Shown here one piece after another: positions 43,472 to 54,300 of a stretch of DNA of 64,000 bases. The position numbers were made by a program, and so were the translations under genes. The notes beneath the pieces were generated by a model. It was not told the origin of the DNA, did no database searches, and worked only from the letters and a program-made list of their open reading frames with translations. The stretch spans positions 35,594-99,593 of the IMG/VR virus record IMGVR_UViG_3300027759_000063, one strand, 5' to 3'. The first letter of the stretch is position 1; each line of letters begins with the position of its first letter. This stretch comes from a virus.

Positions 43472-46400
43472 GCCTGGCTTTCTTGGAAACTCAACTGAAT
43501 CTCACCCACTGGTGCTGACTGTGTGCTCAGCGCAGTGATCACTACGGCCAACACTTCTGGTCCATTGGGGTAGGTGCCTGTGCCCGGAATTGAACTTTGG
43601 CCAATCTGTTTGATGTTGGTCAAGTTCAAATTGTTCACACCTGTGGCCTGAATTGGGATACTAAACAATCGTTCACCACCGGTGATGTCTGCTGACACAG
43701 CAGCCACTGTCAAGAACAAATCATTTGCAGTGGTACTTCCGCCTATAAGATTGCCAAGAATCTTCACAGTGTCGCCCACAGCATAACCTGTGCCGGGGTT
43801 TTGAATAGTGATTGCAGTTGTGGTATCACTATAGGCAGTTTTCAATGCTTGCAATGTCACAGTAACGTTGGCACCTGATCCTGAACTTGATATATTGGTC
43901 AGGCTCAGTCCAGCAAACGTTCTAATAGCACCTGATGACGTCATGGTTCCTGAACGTGTGAAACCACCTGTGGTATTGAGTGGTGCAGCCTGTACGCCAC
44001 CTGTGGTTTCGTTATTGTATCGAGGCGCAACTGCAAATTGTGTAAAACTGGGTTGAAAGCCGCCACCAGCATTGTTCAGGCCAGCCCACACAGTGTTGGC
44101 CGAGTCAATGTTGTTGGGATTTAAAATACCTGTCACAATGTATCGTCCCGCGCTAACATTCACAGTGAGTGTTTCTAGTGTCAACTGCGCACGATTGATA
44201 AGATCACGTTGACCCAAGTCACCAATCACACTGTTTGAAACACTGGGAGCCAGTCGCATCAAAAATGCAGTCTGGCTGGCGCCTGTTGTGGCGGGTAAAC
44301 CGTAGTTGCTTCTGTTGTATGTAAAAGAGAAGCCCTCGTCACCGTTGAAGTTACCGTCCATGATAACCGCTGAACCCCAGTGACTTACTAGGGGTACACA
44401 AGTGTTAGAGATCAGTATTACACCTGCATTGTCCAGGTGACTGGTGGCTGCCGAACTGGTGTAACTGCGGCTTTGTCCTTCAGCCCACTGTGTAAATGTT
44501 GCGGCACGTGTACAACCAGTCAAGTCGTTACCAGCCTTGCCTGAATACTTGATGACCTCACTATCAATCATCACATACGAAGGATATGTCACACTGGCTG
44601 GTGGATAGTCTGTGGCATCTCTCAATGAGATAGTGGTTTGACTATTTGTAATGGCACCGTTCAATGAATTCACCGGAGTCTCATTAATGGCTTCATAACG
44701 TGCAGGCAAGTTACCTGAACGCATGTATGCTTCATTGCTCACGTTGTTGTTGGGACGTCTGTGTGCCCAATTGAACTTGCCATCTTGACCGCGCAACATC
44801 CAAATAACTGTACCAGCACCGTACCAGGAATATTCCAAGGCATACATCTGCATCTTGCTGGCGTCAAGATTGAAGCCCGATGCGCCTGTGCCGTTGAGTG
44901 GATCAATGTTGAAATCTTGTTGGCGCACACGAATTTCATTTCGCAGGGCCATTTTCACTCGAGTTTGATTGGCCACGCCACGGAATGTGGGCACCACTGT
45001 CATTCTGTTGTTGTTGATGATACTTGCAACGCTGTGTGTCATACCACGGATCACAACCACGTCGCCCACATTCAGTTGATCTTGGAATCGACAATTGCCA
45101 TCGCCTGTGACCAAGTTGGAGCCAACGCTGACGTTGACCAAGCCTGCTGTTTGAAATGTGCTGGTACGTTGTACTGCATTCACAGTGATACCGTTGTTTT
45201 CCCAGAACAAGCCATTTTGATCATCAAACAGGCCTGCACGAATACATGACCCGCTCCAACCAGTGACATTGATACGAGGTTGTTGCCCCAGCACAGGAGT
45301 TGCACTACCCAATGTGCCTTGTGCTTGAACTACAAACGCTGTGTCACTGGTAATATTTGTAACAATGTATCCCGAAGCATCGTAGCCCGATGTGGTAATA
45401 CCACTCAATCTGATGGTGGCACCAGCATTGAGCCCGTGTTCAAGATCTGTAGTGATTGTGATATTGCTGTTGACTGTGGTTCCATCTGCAGAGACATTGC
45501 TTACATCCAAAGTGGGAGCCAACACAGTACCTGTGCTGAACAAAATGCCTTTACCAGATTGGTAGCGGAAGTATTTTTTGGTCACACGGGTCGCACTTGC
45601 TCCGCGTGTGGGAGTTCCTGGTCCCATGAGCACACCGCCATCAAACGGTCTTGACTGGAACACAGCATTACTTCGCACGTTGATCACGGCTGCTAAACTG
45701 CCACTTACCACAGCACCTGTCTTGGCTTGGAATTGAAATGTGGTAGTGCTGGGAATGGCATTTATAATAAACGAACCTTCAGCATAACTGGCGTTGGTAC
45801 CTGAGGTCATGTCCACTGTGATTGGACACCCTGGGAACAAGCCATGCGCATACAGTGTGGTCACAGTGATAATACTGGGATTGCCGCCATCGCTGACCAC
45901 GCTCACAATGTCAAAGTCAGCACCGGTGTAGGGAAATGCTTGACGTACCGAAGTGTCAGTTTGATTGACTGGGTATCCAGGCGCCACCCCAAGTGATCTG
46001 CGTGGGTAGTAGGCAAAGTTGTTGGTTTCGCCCAAGAACACAATGTTGATACCTTCACCATTGGTTGCTGAAGTATTTTGTAAACTCACATATTCGTTGG
46101 CATCCAGTGGAGTATCTGTTACGTTGACTGTGACTGTGGGAATGGTGTTTGAACCACCATAGAATACACCGGTCATGCGGATTAGCGGTGATCCAATGCC
46201 TGCAGTTGTGAGTGCTGTGGTGTTGAACTGTGTGCGGCTGATGGTTTGTGTGCCGTTGACTGCGGTACTGACGCCAGTCATTTTTACCAATTCTACGTTA
46301 GAACTTAGTTTCTGGAACACTGAGCCTGTGACAAATACATTGGCTGCTGAAATGTTGTACCAACCACGATTGAGTTGTAGTGTTGTGCCGTCAGTAACTT

Positions 46401-47424
46401 CTTGTACTTGTGCAACTTCAATGGTGCTGGCAACAAATATATTGGCACCAATGTTGATGTTTGCGGAACTGGGATTGGTACCATTGCTTTGACGCACCAC
46501 AGTGAGTGCATTGGTTGACACTGAAGTTACTGCCATGACTTCATAAACGTTGGCAGTGGCAGTTTGAGCAATAACATAAGTACCAGCCACAATACCAGCA
46601 CCTGCTGCTGATGTCACGTTGACTGTGGTTGTGGCATTACTGGTAATATTTGCCACTGCAACAGTGGTTCCACCTGCGGTGGGCAATCCAATCAACATAA
46701 TGTTGTCTAGTGCAGACAGACCTGTGGTTGATGCCACAGTGAATGTACGTTCTGCTGAACTATTGACATTGGCAGTGAGATAACTTGATACAAACGGAGT
46801 GACGTTGCCTTGTGTTTGGCTGATCAACAGTGCATAGTCATTGGCAATCCAAGGTGGTGTTCCTGCATCGGCTGAGTTGACTGACGTGTCAACGTTGCTG
46901 GTCAACAAGTTGGTACTGCTCAACAATGTGGCATAGCCGTTGGTGTTGTACACCAAGTCAGCACCAACATCTTCATAGAATGAAGGAATGTTGTTGATGG
47001 TACTAACGTTCTGCCATTTGGTATTTTGCAGGCCGTATTCAAAGTCAGCGTCGATCAATGACTCTGGATTGCTGGTTCTTGCACGACCAATGGCATCTAG
47101 TCCAAACTCCCAGGGTTGTGTGCTGATGTTGCGATCTTCCACATAGATGGCCAGTTTATCACTGGCACTCAATGTTGAGGTATCCAAGTCCAAGTTTAGT
47201 GTGGTGACTCCGGCATAGGCTGTGGGCAAACCAGCAATGGTACCTGTGCTAAAACTCACTGTGCCACCTTGTGTGGGTGCTCCAAAGTTGTAGATTGACG
47301 TGTTGGTGGTGGTATCGTATATGGCCAAAAAGTCCTCCAGATTGATACGATCCTGGACTTGTACAGTGCCTAGACCTGCTGTGCCTGGTGTGAATACGTA
47401 CTCGTATATTCTTTTTCTTGCCAT
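43468..47424 (-). CDS. Large virion structural / fibre-associated protein (1318 aa)
   Basis: T/S/G/N-rich beta repeats; SLIDADFEYGLQ.TKW, TKKYFRYQSGKG, YSWYGAG and AYMRSGNLPARY motifs. Confidence 0.7.
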   Translation of the reverse strand: MARKRIYEYVFTPGTAGLGTVQVQDRINLEDFLAIYDTTTNTSIYNFGAPTQGGTVSFSTGTIAGLPTAYAGVTTLNLDLDTSTLSASDKLAIYVEDRNISTQPWEFGLDAIGRARTSNPESLIDADFEYGLQNTKWQNVSTINNIPSFYEDVGADLVYNTNGYATLLSSTNLLTSNVDTSVNSADAGTPPWIANDYALLISQTQGNVTPFVSSYLTANVNSSAERTFTVASTTGLSALDNIMLIGLPTAGGTTVAVANITSNATTTVNVTSAAGAGIVAGTYVIAQTATANVYEVMAVTSVSTNALTVVRQSNGTNPSSANINIGANIFVASTIEVAQVQEVTDGTTLQLNRGWYNISAANVFVTGSVFQKLSSNVELVKMTGVSTAVNGTQTISRTQFNTTALTTAGIGSPLIRMTGVFYGGSNTIPTVTVNVTDTPLDANEYVSLQNTSATNGEGINIVFLGETNNFAYYPRRSLGVAPGYPVNQTDTSVRQAFPYTGADFDIVSVVSDGGNPSIITVTTLYAHGLFPGCPITVDMTSGTNASYAEGSFIINAIPSTTTFQFQAKTGAVVSGSLAAVINVRSNAVFQSRPFDGGVLMGPGTPTRGASATRVTKKYFRYQSGKGILFSTGTVLAPTLDVSNVSADGTTVNSNITITTDLEHGLNAGATIRLSGITTSGYDASGYIVTNITSDTAFVVQAQGTLGSATPVLGQQPRINVTGWSGSCIRAGLFDDQNGLFWENNGITVNAVQRTSTFQTAGLVNVSVGSNLVTGDGNCRFQDQLNVGDVVVIRGMTHSVASIINNNRMTVVPTFRGVANQTRVKMALRNEIRVRQQDFNIDPLNGTGASGFNLDASKMQMYALEYSWYGAGTVIWMLRGQDGKFNWAHRRPNNNVSNEAYMRSGNLPARYEAINETPVNSLNGAITNSQTTISLRDATDYPPASVTYPSYVMIDSEVIKYSGKAGNDLTGCTRAATFTQWAEGQSRSYTSSAATSHLDNAGVILISNTCVPLVSHWGSAVIMDGNFNGDEGFSFTYNRSNYGLPATTGASQTAFLMRLAPSVSNSVIGDLGQRDLINRAQLTLETLTVNVSAGRYIVTGILNPNNIDSANTVWAGLNNAGGGFQPSFTQFAVAPRYNNETTGGVQAAPLNTTGGFTRSGTMTSSGAIRTFAGLSLTNISSSGSGANVTVTLQALKTAYSDTTTAITIQNPGTGYAVGDTVKILGNLIGGSTTANDLFLTVAAVSADITGGERLFSIPIQATGVNNLNLTNIKQIGQSSIPGTGTYPNGPEVLAVVITALSTQSAPVGEIQLSFQESQA

Positions 47425-47427
47425 TTC

Positions 47428-47820
47428 TTAAACTCCAAATATAATTTGATTTGCTGTCAACGTTGCTTGAGTGTTGACACTGAACCGGTCGTAATTGATT
47501 GTACCTGCTGCGATTTTGCTGTTTGTGACAGTGGCATCGCTGGGTGTACCTGTATATAGCGTATCTCCAAAGATGAGTCCAAAGAACGGTGTCAGTGCGG
47601 CAGGTGGTGTTGCAAAACTGATCTGTGATCCTGATATGGAAAAACTAACACCAGGGTTCAGTACCACATTGTTTAGACTCACCATCATGGCATACGCGGT
47701 GGGCGGGTTGAACGGCACTCCACTGATGTTGATGTCAAATGTTTGTTGTACTCCATCAAATACCAAGTTGTCCATTTTACGATACTGACCAATTTGCGGT
47801 GTGTTACCTAAATAACTCAT
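47428..47820 (-). CDS. Small fibre adaptor protein
   Basis: MSYLGN.P N-terminus shared with the adjacent 1078-aa gene. Confidence 0.65.
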   Translation of the reverse strand: MSYLGNTPQIGQYRKMDNLVFDGVQQTFDINISGVPFNPPTAYAMMVSLNNVVLNPGVSFSISGSQISFATPPAALTPFFGLIFGDTLYTGTPSDATVTNSKIAAGTINYDRFSVNTQATLTANQIIFGV

Positions 47821-50800
47821 TATAATCTTCCCACAACAATTTCAATTGTGCCCTGACCACCTGAGTGATCTTGCACTGCCTTGCCAATCACAGTGCCAAG
47901 AATAGGCGTGGCACAGGCTTTGGCTCTGCCGCCTCCGGCACTGACCATCATGTCGCCTTTGGCCACTGCACCAACCACTAGGGTAGGTACTCGTCCTGTC
48001 AGGGCCAGGGCCACTGAGTGAGCAGCTTCAATGGCAGTGTTCATGGCATAGGCAGGAGTAGTAGAAACCACTCCTGCCACACGCACATCATTTATGCCTG
48101 TGGTCATGGTGACTTCTTGGTCACCACCAAAACTCAATACAGTACCTGGCGCATAATCAGCATCTGCTGAGTAATATTCTGCCAAGTCAGCGTATTGTGC
48201 TGATGTTGCTTTGGCAAACACAGTGTTAAAGTAAGTTGTTGCTGATCCAATATTGCCCACACCATTGCCATTGGCATTGACAATGCTGCCCAGTGTAACT
48301 GCGCCAGTTGATACTGTCAAACTAGCACCTGTTATTGCGCCAGTGACTGATACGGTGGTACCGGTGTGTGTGGTGGCATTGACATTGGCGCCACCCAAGA
48401 TATTACCACCTGTGATGTTGCCTGTGGCACTGATTGTTCCACCTGTGGTAACAGCGCCAAAATTGCCAGTGCCATTTGTACTAACAATGCCTGTTCCAGT
48501 AAGCAGTAAGTTACCGCCAGTGACATTGCCTACGGCTGACACAATACCAGTTGTAATTAAATTACCACCGGTGATATTAGCAGTTGTGCTAATACCTGAA
48601 ATTACATTGCCTGACAGGCTAATACCAGTGCCCAAAAAGTATGCACCGCTGACATTGGCTGTGGCAAACACATTGGCTGTTGCACTGAGTATGCCACCTT
48701 GCACCAAATTGGCAGTGAGTATGTTGCCACCTGACACATTACCCACTGCTTGAACATTGCCTGTCACAGTTATCAATCCGGCTGTGTTGATATTACCACC
48801 AGTGACATTGCCGGTTCCTGATATCAATCCACCAGTGAGTATGTTACCACCAGTGATGTTGCCCACACCAATAACTGTAGAACTAGCACTTACTGAAGCA
48901 GCACTAAATGCACCTGCTGTGATAATATTGCCACCTGTGACGTTGCCTGTTGCGGTAATCAATCCTGCTGTGGCCACGTTACCGCCAACAATATTTCCTG
49001 TAGCGGTAGCACTACCGCCAGTGAGTATGTTTGCACCAGTAATGTTACCAGCCACGCTGAGTGCCGTTGCACTAGTATTAGCAATGGCCACTCTGGTGGC
49101 TGTGTTGAATGTTACCAAGCCAGCGGCTGTGGTTGCTGTGACAGGACCAACATCAATCAGTGTAGTTGATCCAGCAGCACCGTTTTCACCAATCTGAATG
49201 GTTTTTGTAGTACCTGACCCTGCCACACCATGACCGATGTTTATGGTTTGACTGGCCGTTGACACACCAATTTCAATAAGTCCAGTTTGACTTGTTCCAC
49301 CTACATTAACATTACCTGTAGTTTGACTAGTACCAATGTTGATGTTTTGTGTGGTTCCTGTAAATGCAATGTTACCACCAGCATTCAAGTTGCCAGTTGC
49401 GCCAATCCAGCCAGTGACATTGGCACCCAGTGTACTGAACACTGCTACGTTTGCTGTGCCGGCAATGCCAACTGCAACATTGCCACTTGAACTCACAACT
49501 CGCACATTGCTGTTGCCGCTTTGAATACCTGCGGCATCAATACCTGTGAGTGCAGCACCGTTGCCAATAAAATAACTGCCAGTTATGTTGGCTGTGGCCG
49601 ATATCAATCCACCAGTGAGCACATTTCCACCAATCACATTGCCAGCTGCGCTGACATCAACTGAAGCTGTGACATTGGTTGTGGCATTGAAGTTATTGCC
49701 ATAGACATCACCTGTGGCTGACATCAGTCCAGCAGTTTTTATGTTTCCACCTGTGACATTACCACCTGTACTGACAGCAGTGGTGCCAAATATATTACCT
49801 CCTGTGACATTGCCTGACGCAACAACTGCGCCGCCTGTTGTCAAATTACCAGCTGATACATTGGCAGCCGAAGTTATATTGCCGGTAGCACTGAATATAC
49901 CGGCAGTTTGAATATTACCACCAATGATATTGGCTGTGGCGCTGAGTGTGGTGCTGGCTGCTACTGCACCAACCACACTTATTCCGCCCGACCACACATT
50001 GGCAATTTGCGCACTGTTGACCACTATGTTTACATTGGCATTGACTGCGGCAATGGCCACTGATGTGTTGGCATTAAAAATATTGCTAGTGACAGTTGAA
50101 ATGCCAGTAAGAGCAGCGCCATTGCCAACAAAGTATGTGCCTGTGACATTGCCTGTTGCGCTCAAATTGGCCAAGATCAAATCAGTGTATTGAAAACTGG
50201 GGTCTGTGGTGTCAACTGTGGTGGTGGGCTGTGTCAACAAATTGGTGAACAACTTGTACTTGGCATCTGTGATGTCACGGAAATATCCACTGTAACGAAT
50301 GTTGGCGCCATCATAAAACTGTGTTATCACACCTGAGTCGTAGGTGTCGCCTGGATTGTTATTGGCCAAGAAGATAAACGGGTCTGTCACTGCCAAGCTG
50401 TCTGTGCCTGTAGTGGTAAATGTTCCGTTGACCGTGAAATCGCCCACACAGGTGATATCACCGCCCACATTTAAATTACCAACAATTCCTGCGCCGCCGG
50501 CTGTTTTGAAGCTGCCGGTAGAAACACTGGTGCTTTCAGTCGTGTCAGCTATTGCAACTCTTCCGCCAATGTTGACATTGCCGTCAACACCCAGCCCGCC
50601 GTCCACAATCAACGCACCTGTATCAGTGCTGACACTGGTAGCATTGGCCATGAATGTGGCACGGTTGGTACCACTCACTGTCACACTCATTGATGATGCA
50701 TTGGCCCAGTACAGGCCACTGTTGTTTGCAGCCAGGCTCACCACACTGGGGTTGGCCACGGTGCCTGCATTGAATACTGACGCTGATAAATTCAAACTGT

Positions 50801-51056
50801 TCAGTGCACCAGCACGATAGGTGACTGTGATGTTGTTGGCGCCAGTGGCAGGAGCACTGGTAAACTGCAAAACTATGTTGCCAGCAATGTAATCTGTAAA
50901 TGGTCTTTGTAGTGTGCTGCCAATCATGACGTCTAGGTCAGACGCTGATGCTACTGATCTAGCCAGATTGAACTGTGTGGCCACACTGTTGCCACTGAAC
51001 GTTTCAGTGCTGGTATTCAGCAGTGGCGTGTTGGGTTGAAGACCAAGATAGCTCAT
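47820..51056 (-). CDS. Fibre protein with GN(I/V)TGGN repeats and a chaperone-like C-terminus
   Basis: YFIGNGAALTG motifs; C-terminal ATSAQYADLAEYY...GRVP..V.G.V.KGD...IGKA. Confidence 0.8.
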   Translation of the reverse strand: MSYLGLQPNTPLLNTSTETFSGNSVATQFNLARSVASASDLDVMIGSTLQRPFTDYIAGNIVLQFTSAPATGANNITVTYRAGALNSLNLSASVFNAGTVANPSVVSLAANNSGLYWANASSMSVTVSGTNRATFMANATSVSTDTGALIVDGGLGVDGNVNIGGRVAIADTTESTSVSTGSFKTAGGAGIVGNLNVGGDITCVGDFTVNGTFTTTGTDSLAVTDPFIFLANNNPGDTYDSGVITQFYDGANIRYSGYFRDITDAKYKLFTNLLTQPTTTVDTTDPSFQYTDLILANLSATGNVTGTYFVGNGAALTGISTVTSNIFNANTSVAIAAVNANVNIVVNSAQIANVWSGGISVVGAVAASTTLSATANIIGGNIQTAGIFSATGNITSAANVSAGNLTTGGAVVASGNVTGGNIFGTTAVSTGGNVTGGNIKTAGLMSATGDVYGNNFNATTNVTASVDVSAAGNVIGGNVLTGGLISATANITGSYFIGNGAALTGIDAAGIQSGNSNVRVVSSSGNVAVGIAGTANVAVFSTLGANVTGWIGATGNLNAGGNIAFTGTTQNINIGTSQTTGNVNVGGTSQTGLIEIGVSTASQTINIGHGVAGSGTTKTIQIGENGAAGSTTLIDVGPVTATTAAGLVTFNTATRVAIANTSATALSVAGNITGANILTGGSATATGNIVGGNVATAGLITATGNVTGGNIITAGAFSAASVSASSTVIGVGNITGGNILTGGLISGTGNVTGGNINTAGLITVTGNVQAVGNVSGGNILTANLVQGGILSATANVFATANVSGAYFLGTGISLSGNVISGISTTANITGGNLITTGIVSAVGNVTGGNLLLTGTGIVSTNGTGNFGAVTTGGTISATGNITGGNILGGANVNATTHTGTTVSVTGAITGASLTVSTGAVTLGSIVNANGNGVGNIGSATTYFNTVFAKATSAQYADLAEYYSADADYAPGTVLSFGGDQEVTMTTGINDVRVAGVVSTTPAYAMNTAIEAAHSVALALTGRVPTLVVGAVAKGDMMVSAGGGRAKACATPILGTVIGKAVQDHSGGQGTIEIVVGRL

Positions 51057-51388
51057 TAGGTGATTTCCATTATGCTCAAAATTGCATCAATGCTGGTGGC
51101 AGCACTGCTTTGCACGTATATTTTGTCCCCGGTGATCATCACAATCTTTTGATCTCCACCAATGGGAATCAACGAAGCTCCAGAACTAATGGGTGCGTTG
51201 GCCACAATGTAGGTGTTGGCTGTAGCATTGGCCAAGAACACATTGGCTGTGATTGCACTGCCAGTGGTATTGGTACAAGTTAAGCCAATCACAATAGTGG
51301 TTGTACTTGCCGGCACTGTGTAATTGCCAATTATGCCAGGGCTTGCGCCAACATTTTGTGAAGTTTTTCGTGTGAAAGTATTTGCCAT
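51056..51388 (-). CDS. Small virion fibre-associated protein
   Basis: MANTF..., YTVPA.TT.IVIGL...N, KIV...GDKI.V.S....DA.LS.MEIT; coupled between fibre genes. Confidence 0.7.
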   Translation of the reverse strand: MANTFTRKTSQNVGASPGIIGNYTVPASTTTIVIGLTCTNTTGSAITANVFLANATANTYIVANAPISSGASLIPIGGDQKIVMITGDKIYVQSSAATSIDAILSIMEIT

Positions 51389-51391
51389 TTG

Positions 51392-54300
51392 TTATCCTAA
51401 TGCTATTGCCAGTGCAGCCGCGTCATCTATTGTGGCTACTCTAGCGTTGTTGATATTTATCGTGCTAGTAGCGTTGATGTTGTTGGCGTTGACATTGGCT
51501 GTTGTTGTGATGTTTGCGGTCATGTTGATTGCGCTGATCACATTGCCACTCAGGCTCAATCCTGCTGCATTCAGATTGCCACCAGTGATGTTGCCTGTGG
51601 CAAACACAAATCCACTATTGGTTATCAAATTGCCACCAACCACGTTGCCGGTCACGGCCAAACTGCCCAGCGTACCCACGCTGGTAATATTGGTTTGTGC
51701 GGCTGTGGTCAATGTGCCCACAATACTAATACCGCTCAAGTTGCCACCAATGATGTTGCCTGCTGCAGAGATCAAGCCACCTGTGTTGATGTTGCCGCCA
51801 CTGACATTGCCAGTTGCTATAACTTGAGCACCGGTGATAAAATTAGCAGCGTTAACATTACCAGTGGCTGTGATTAGCCCTGCTGTGCTGACATTGCCAC
51901 CTATGACATTGGCTGTGGCACTGACTGTGAGCCCTTGCACCAATGCGGCTGTGACAATGTTGCCACCTGTGACGTTGCCTGTGGCAGTGATTAGTCCTGC
52001 TGTGACTACATTACCACCAGTTATGTTGCCTGTGACGCTGACCAATCCTGCGGTGTTGATATTGCCGCCAATCACATTGCCTGTTGAGCTGACTACACCG
52101 CCTGTGTTGATGTTGGCGCCAATCACGTTGCCTGCAGAGCTCAGCAGTGTTGTGGCCAGTACGTTGCCGCCACCAATGTTACCAATTGTGGTTGAGATAT
52201 TGCCTGTAATTGTGGCTTTTCCGCCCACAGTCAAGTCGCCACCGTTTGTGGTTACTAATGCTCCGCCCACTGTGAGTGCGTTGGCTGTGTAATCAAATAT
52301 CAATCCTGAATCGCCAACCAACAATCCATCACTGTTGAACAGCACTTGACTGTTGCTAGAATTGGTCAATGCAATATTACCAAGTAAATTACCAATGAAA
52401 TTTTGACCTTGAACGTTGCCTGCGGCAATGACGTTACCTGCGGCTGAAATCAATGCACCTGACACAATGTTACCAGTGGCTGTGACCAATCCTGCTGTGC
52501 TGATATTGCCACCAATCACGTTGCCTGTGACACTGGTCAAACCGCCAGTGATCAAGTTACCGCCAGTGACGTTGCCAGTTGCGCTGGTCAATCCGCCAGT
52601 GATCAAGTTACCACCAGTGACATTGCCAGTAACAGTGGCCAGTCCTGCTGTGGCCAAGTTACCGCCAGTGACATTGCCGCCGGCACTGACTAGACCAGAA
52701 ATATTGACATTACCGCCAACCACGTTGGCTGTGGCACTTACAGTGAGACCTTGTACCAATGCGGCTGTAATTATGTTGCCACCAACCACGTTGGCTGTTG
52801 ATACAATCTGTCCCACTGCTGTGATCAATCCTGCTGTGACGATATTGCCACCTGTTACATTACCACTTGCACTGACAGATGCTGCTGATACTGCACCAGT
52901 TGTGATTACATTGCCGCCGGTGACATTACCAGTTGCAGTGATTAGCCCTGCTGTGGCTACATTGCCACTTGTGACGTTGCCTGTGATATTGAGTGGACTA
53001 ACAACATTGCCGCTCAGGCTCAATGCCACAGCGTTCAAATTACCACTTGTGACGTTGCCTGTGATATTGAGTGGGCTGATGACGTTGCCACTCAGGCTCA
53101 ATTCTACTGCATTTAGACTGTTAGCAAATATATTTCCCACTGCTGATATCAGTCCAGCAGTGAGTAAGTTGCCACCTGTGATGTTGGCACTGGCACTGAC
53201 TGAGGCAGCACTCACAGCGGCTGCTGTGACAAGATTACCACCAGTGACGTTGCCTGTGGCAGTGATTAGCCCTGCTGTGCTGACATTGCCACCTATGACA
53301 TTGGCTGTGGCGCTGACCTGGCCAGCACTGTTGATATTGGCGCCAGTGATGTTGGATGTGACATTTAGTGCGCTAACCACATTACCATTTAGGCTCATTC
53401 CTGTGGCATTCAAATTAGCACCGGTGATGTTGCCACTTGCATTGACACTAGCGCCCGATATTGCTGCAGGTGATATAATATTGCCGCCTACAACATTGCC
53501 TGTGGCATTGAGTTGTTCTATTGCACTCAAATTGCCTGTCACAATGTTGCCTGTAACACTCAAACTTGGCAGTGTACCAATGCTGGTGGCCACAACACCA
53601 GTCAACAGACTACCATTACCAATGTAGTAATTGCCAGCAACGTTGCCAGTGACACTTACTGTGGCACCTTGCAAATTGCCAACTACAAAACTTCCATAAC
53701 TGTTGACTGTAACTATTTCGTTGGCAATACTGACATCAGTAGCCGCAAACATCTTTTTAGATGTGTCGTTGAAACCCACAAACGCTTGTTTTTCTGTGGT
53801 ATCAAAATACCATAAATCAGTACCACGGTCTTTGCCGTCATCAACAGTCAACGGTGTGTTGTTGGCACCACGGCCTAATCCAATAATTGGATCTTCAACA
53901 TTGAAACTGCTTACATTGTTATACGTTATGTCGCCATTGACTGTTAAGTTGCCGCCTACCAGAACATTACCAGTTGTGGTTATTGAGGCTGCTGACATAG
54001 CCGCCGCACTGATGATGTTGCCACCAGTTATATTGCCTGTGACATTGAGTGGGCTAACAACATTGCCGCTCAAACTCAATGCCACGGCATTCAAATTACC
54101 ACCTGTGATGTTGCCTGTTACGTTCAGTGGGCTAACAACATTGCCACTCAGACTCAATGCCACGGCATTTAAATTGCCGCCAGTGACGTTGCCTGTAGCA
54201 GTGATTAATCCAGCGGTGCGTAAGTTGCCACCATCAATATTGGCAGTCACAGCCATTGAGGCTGCACTTACTACCCCTGCAGTGATCATATTGCCACCAG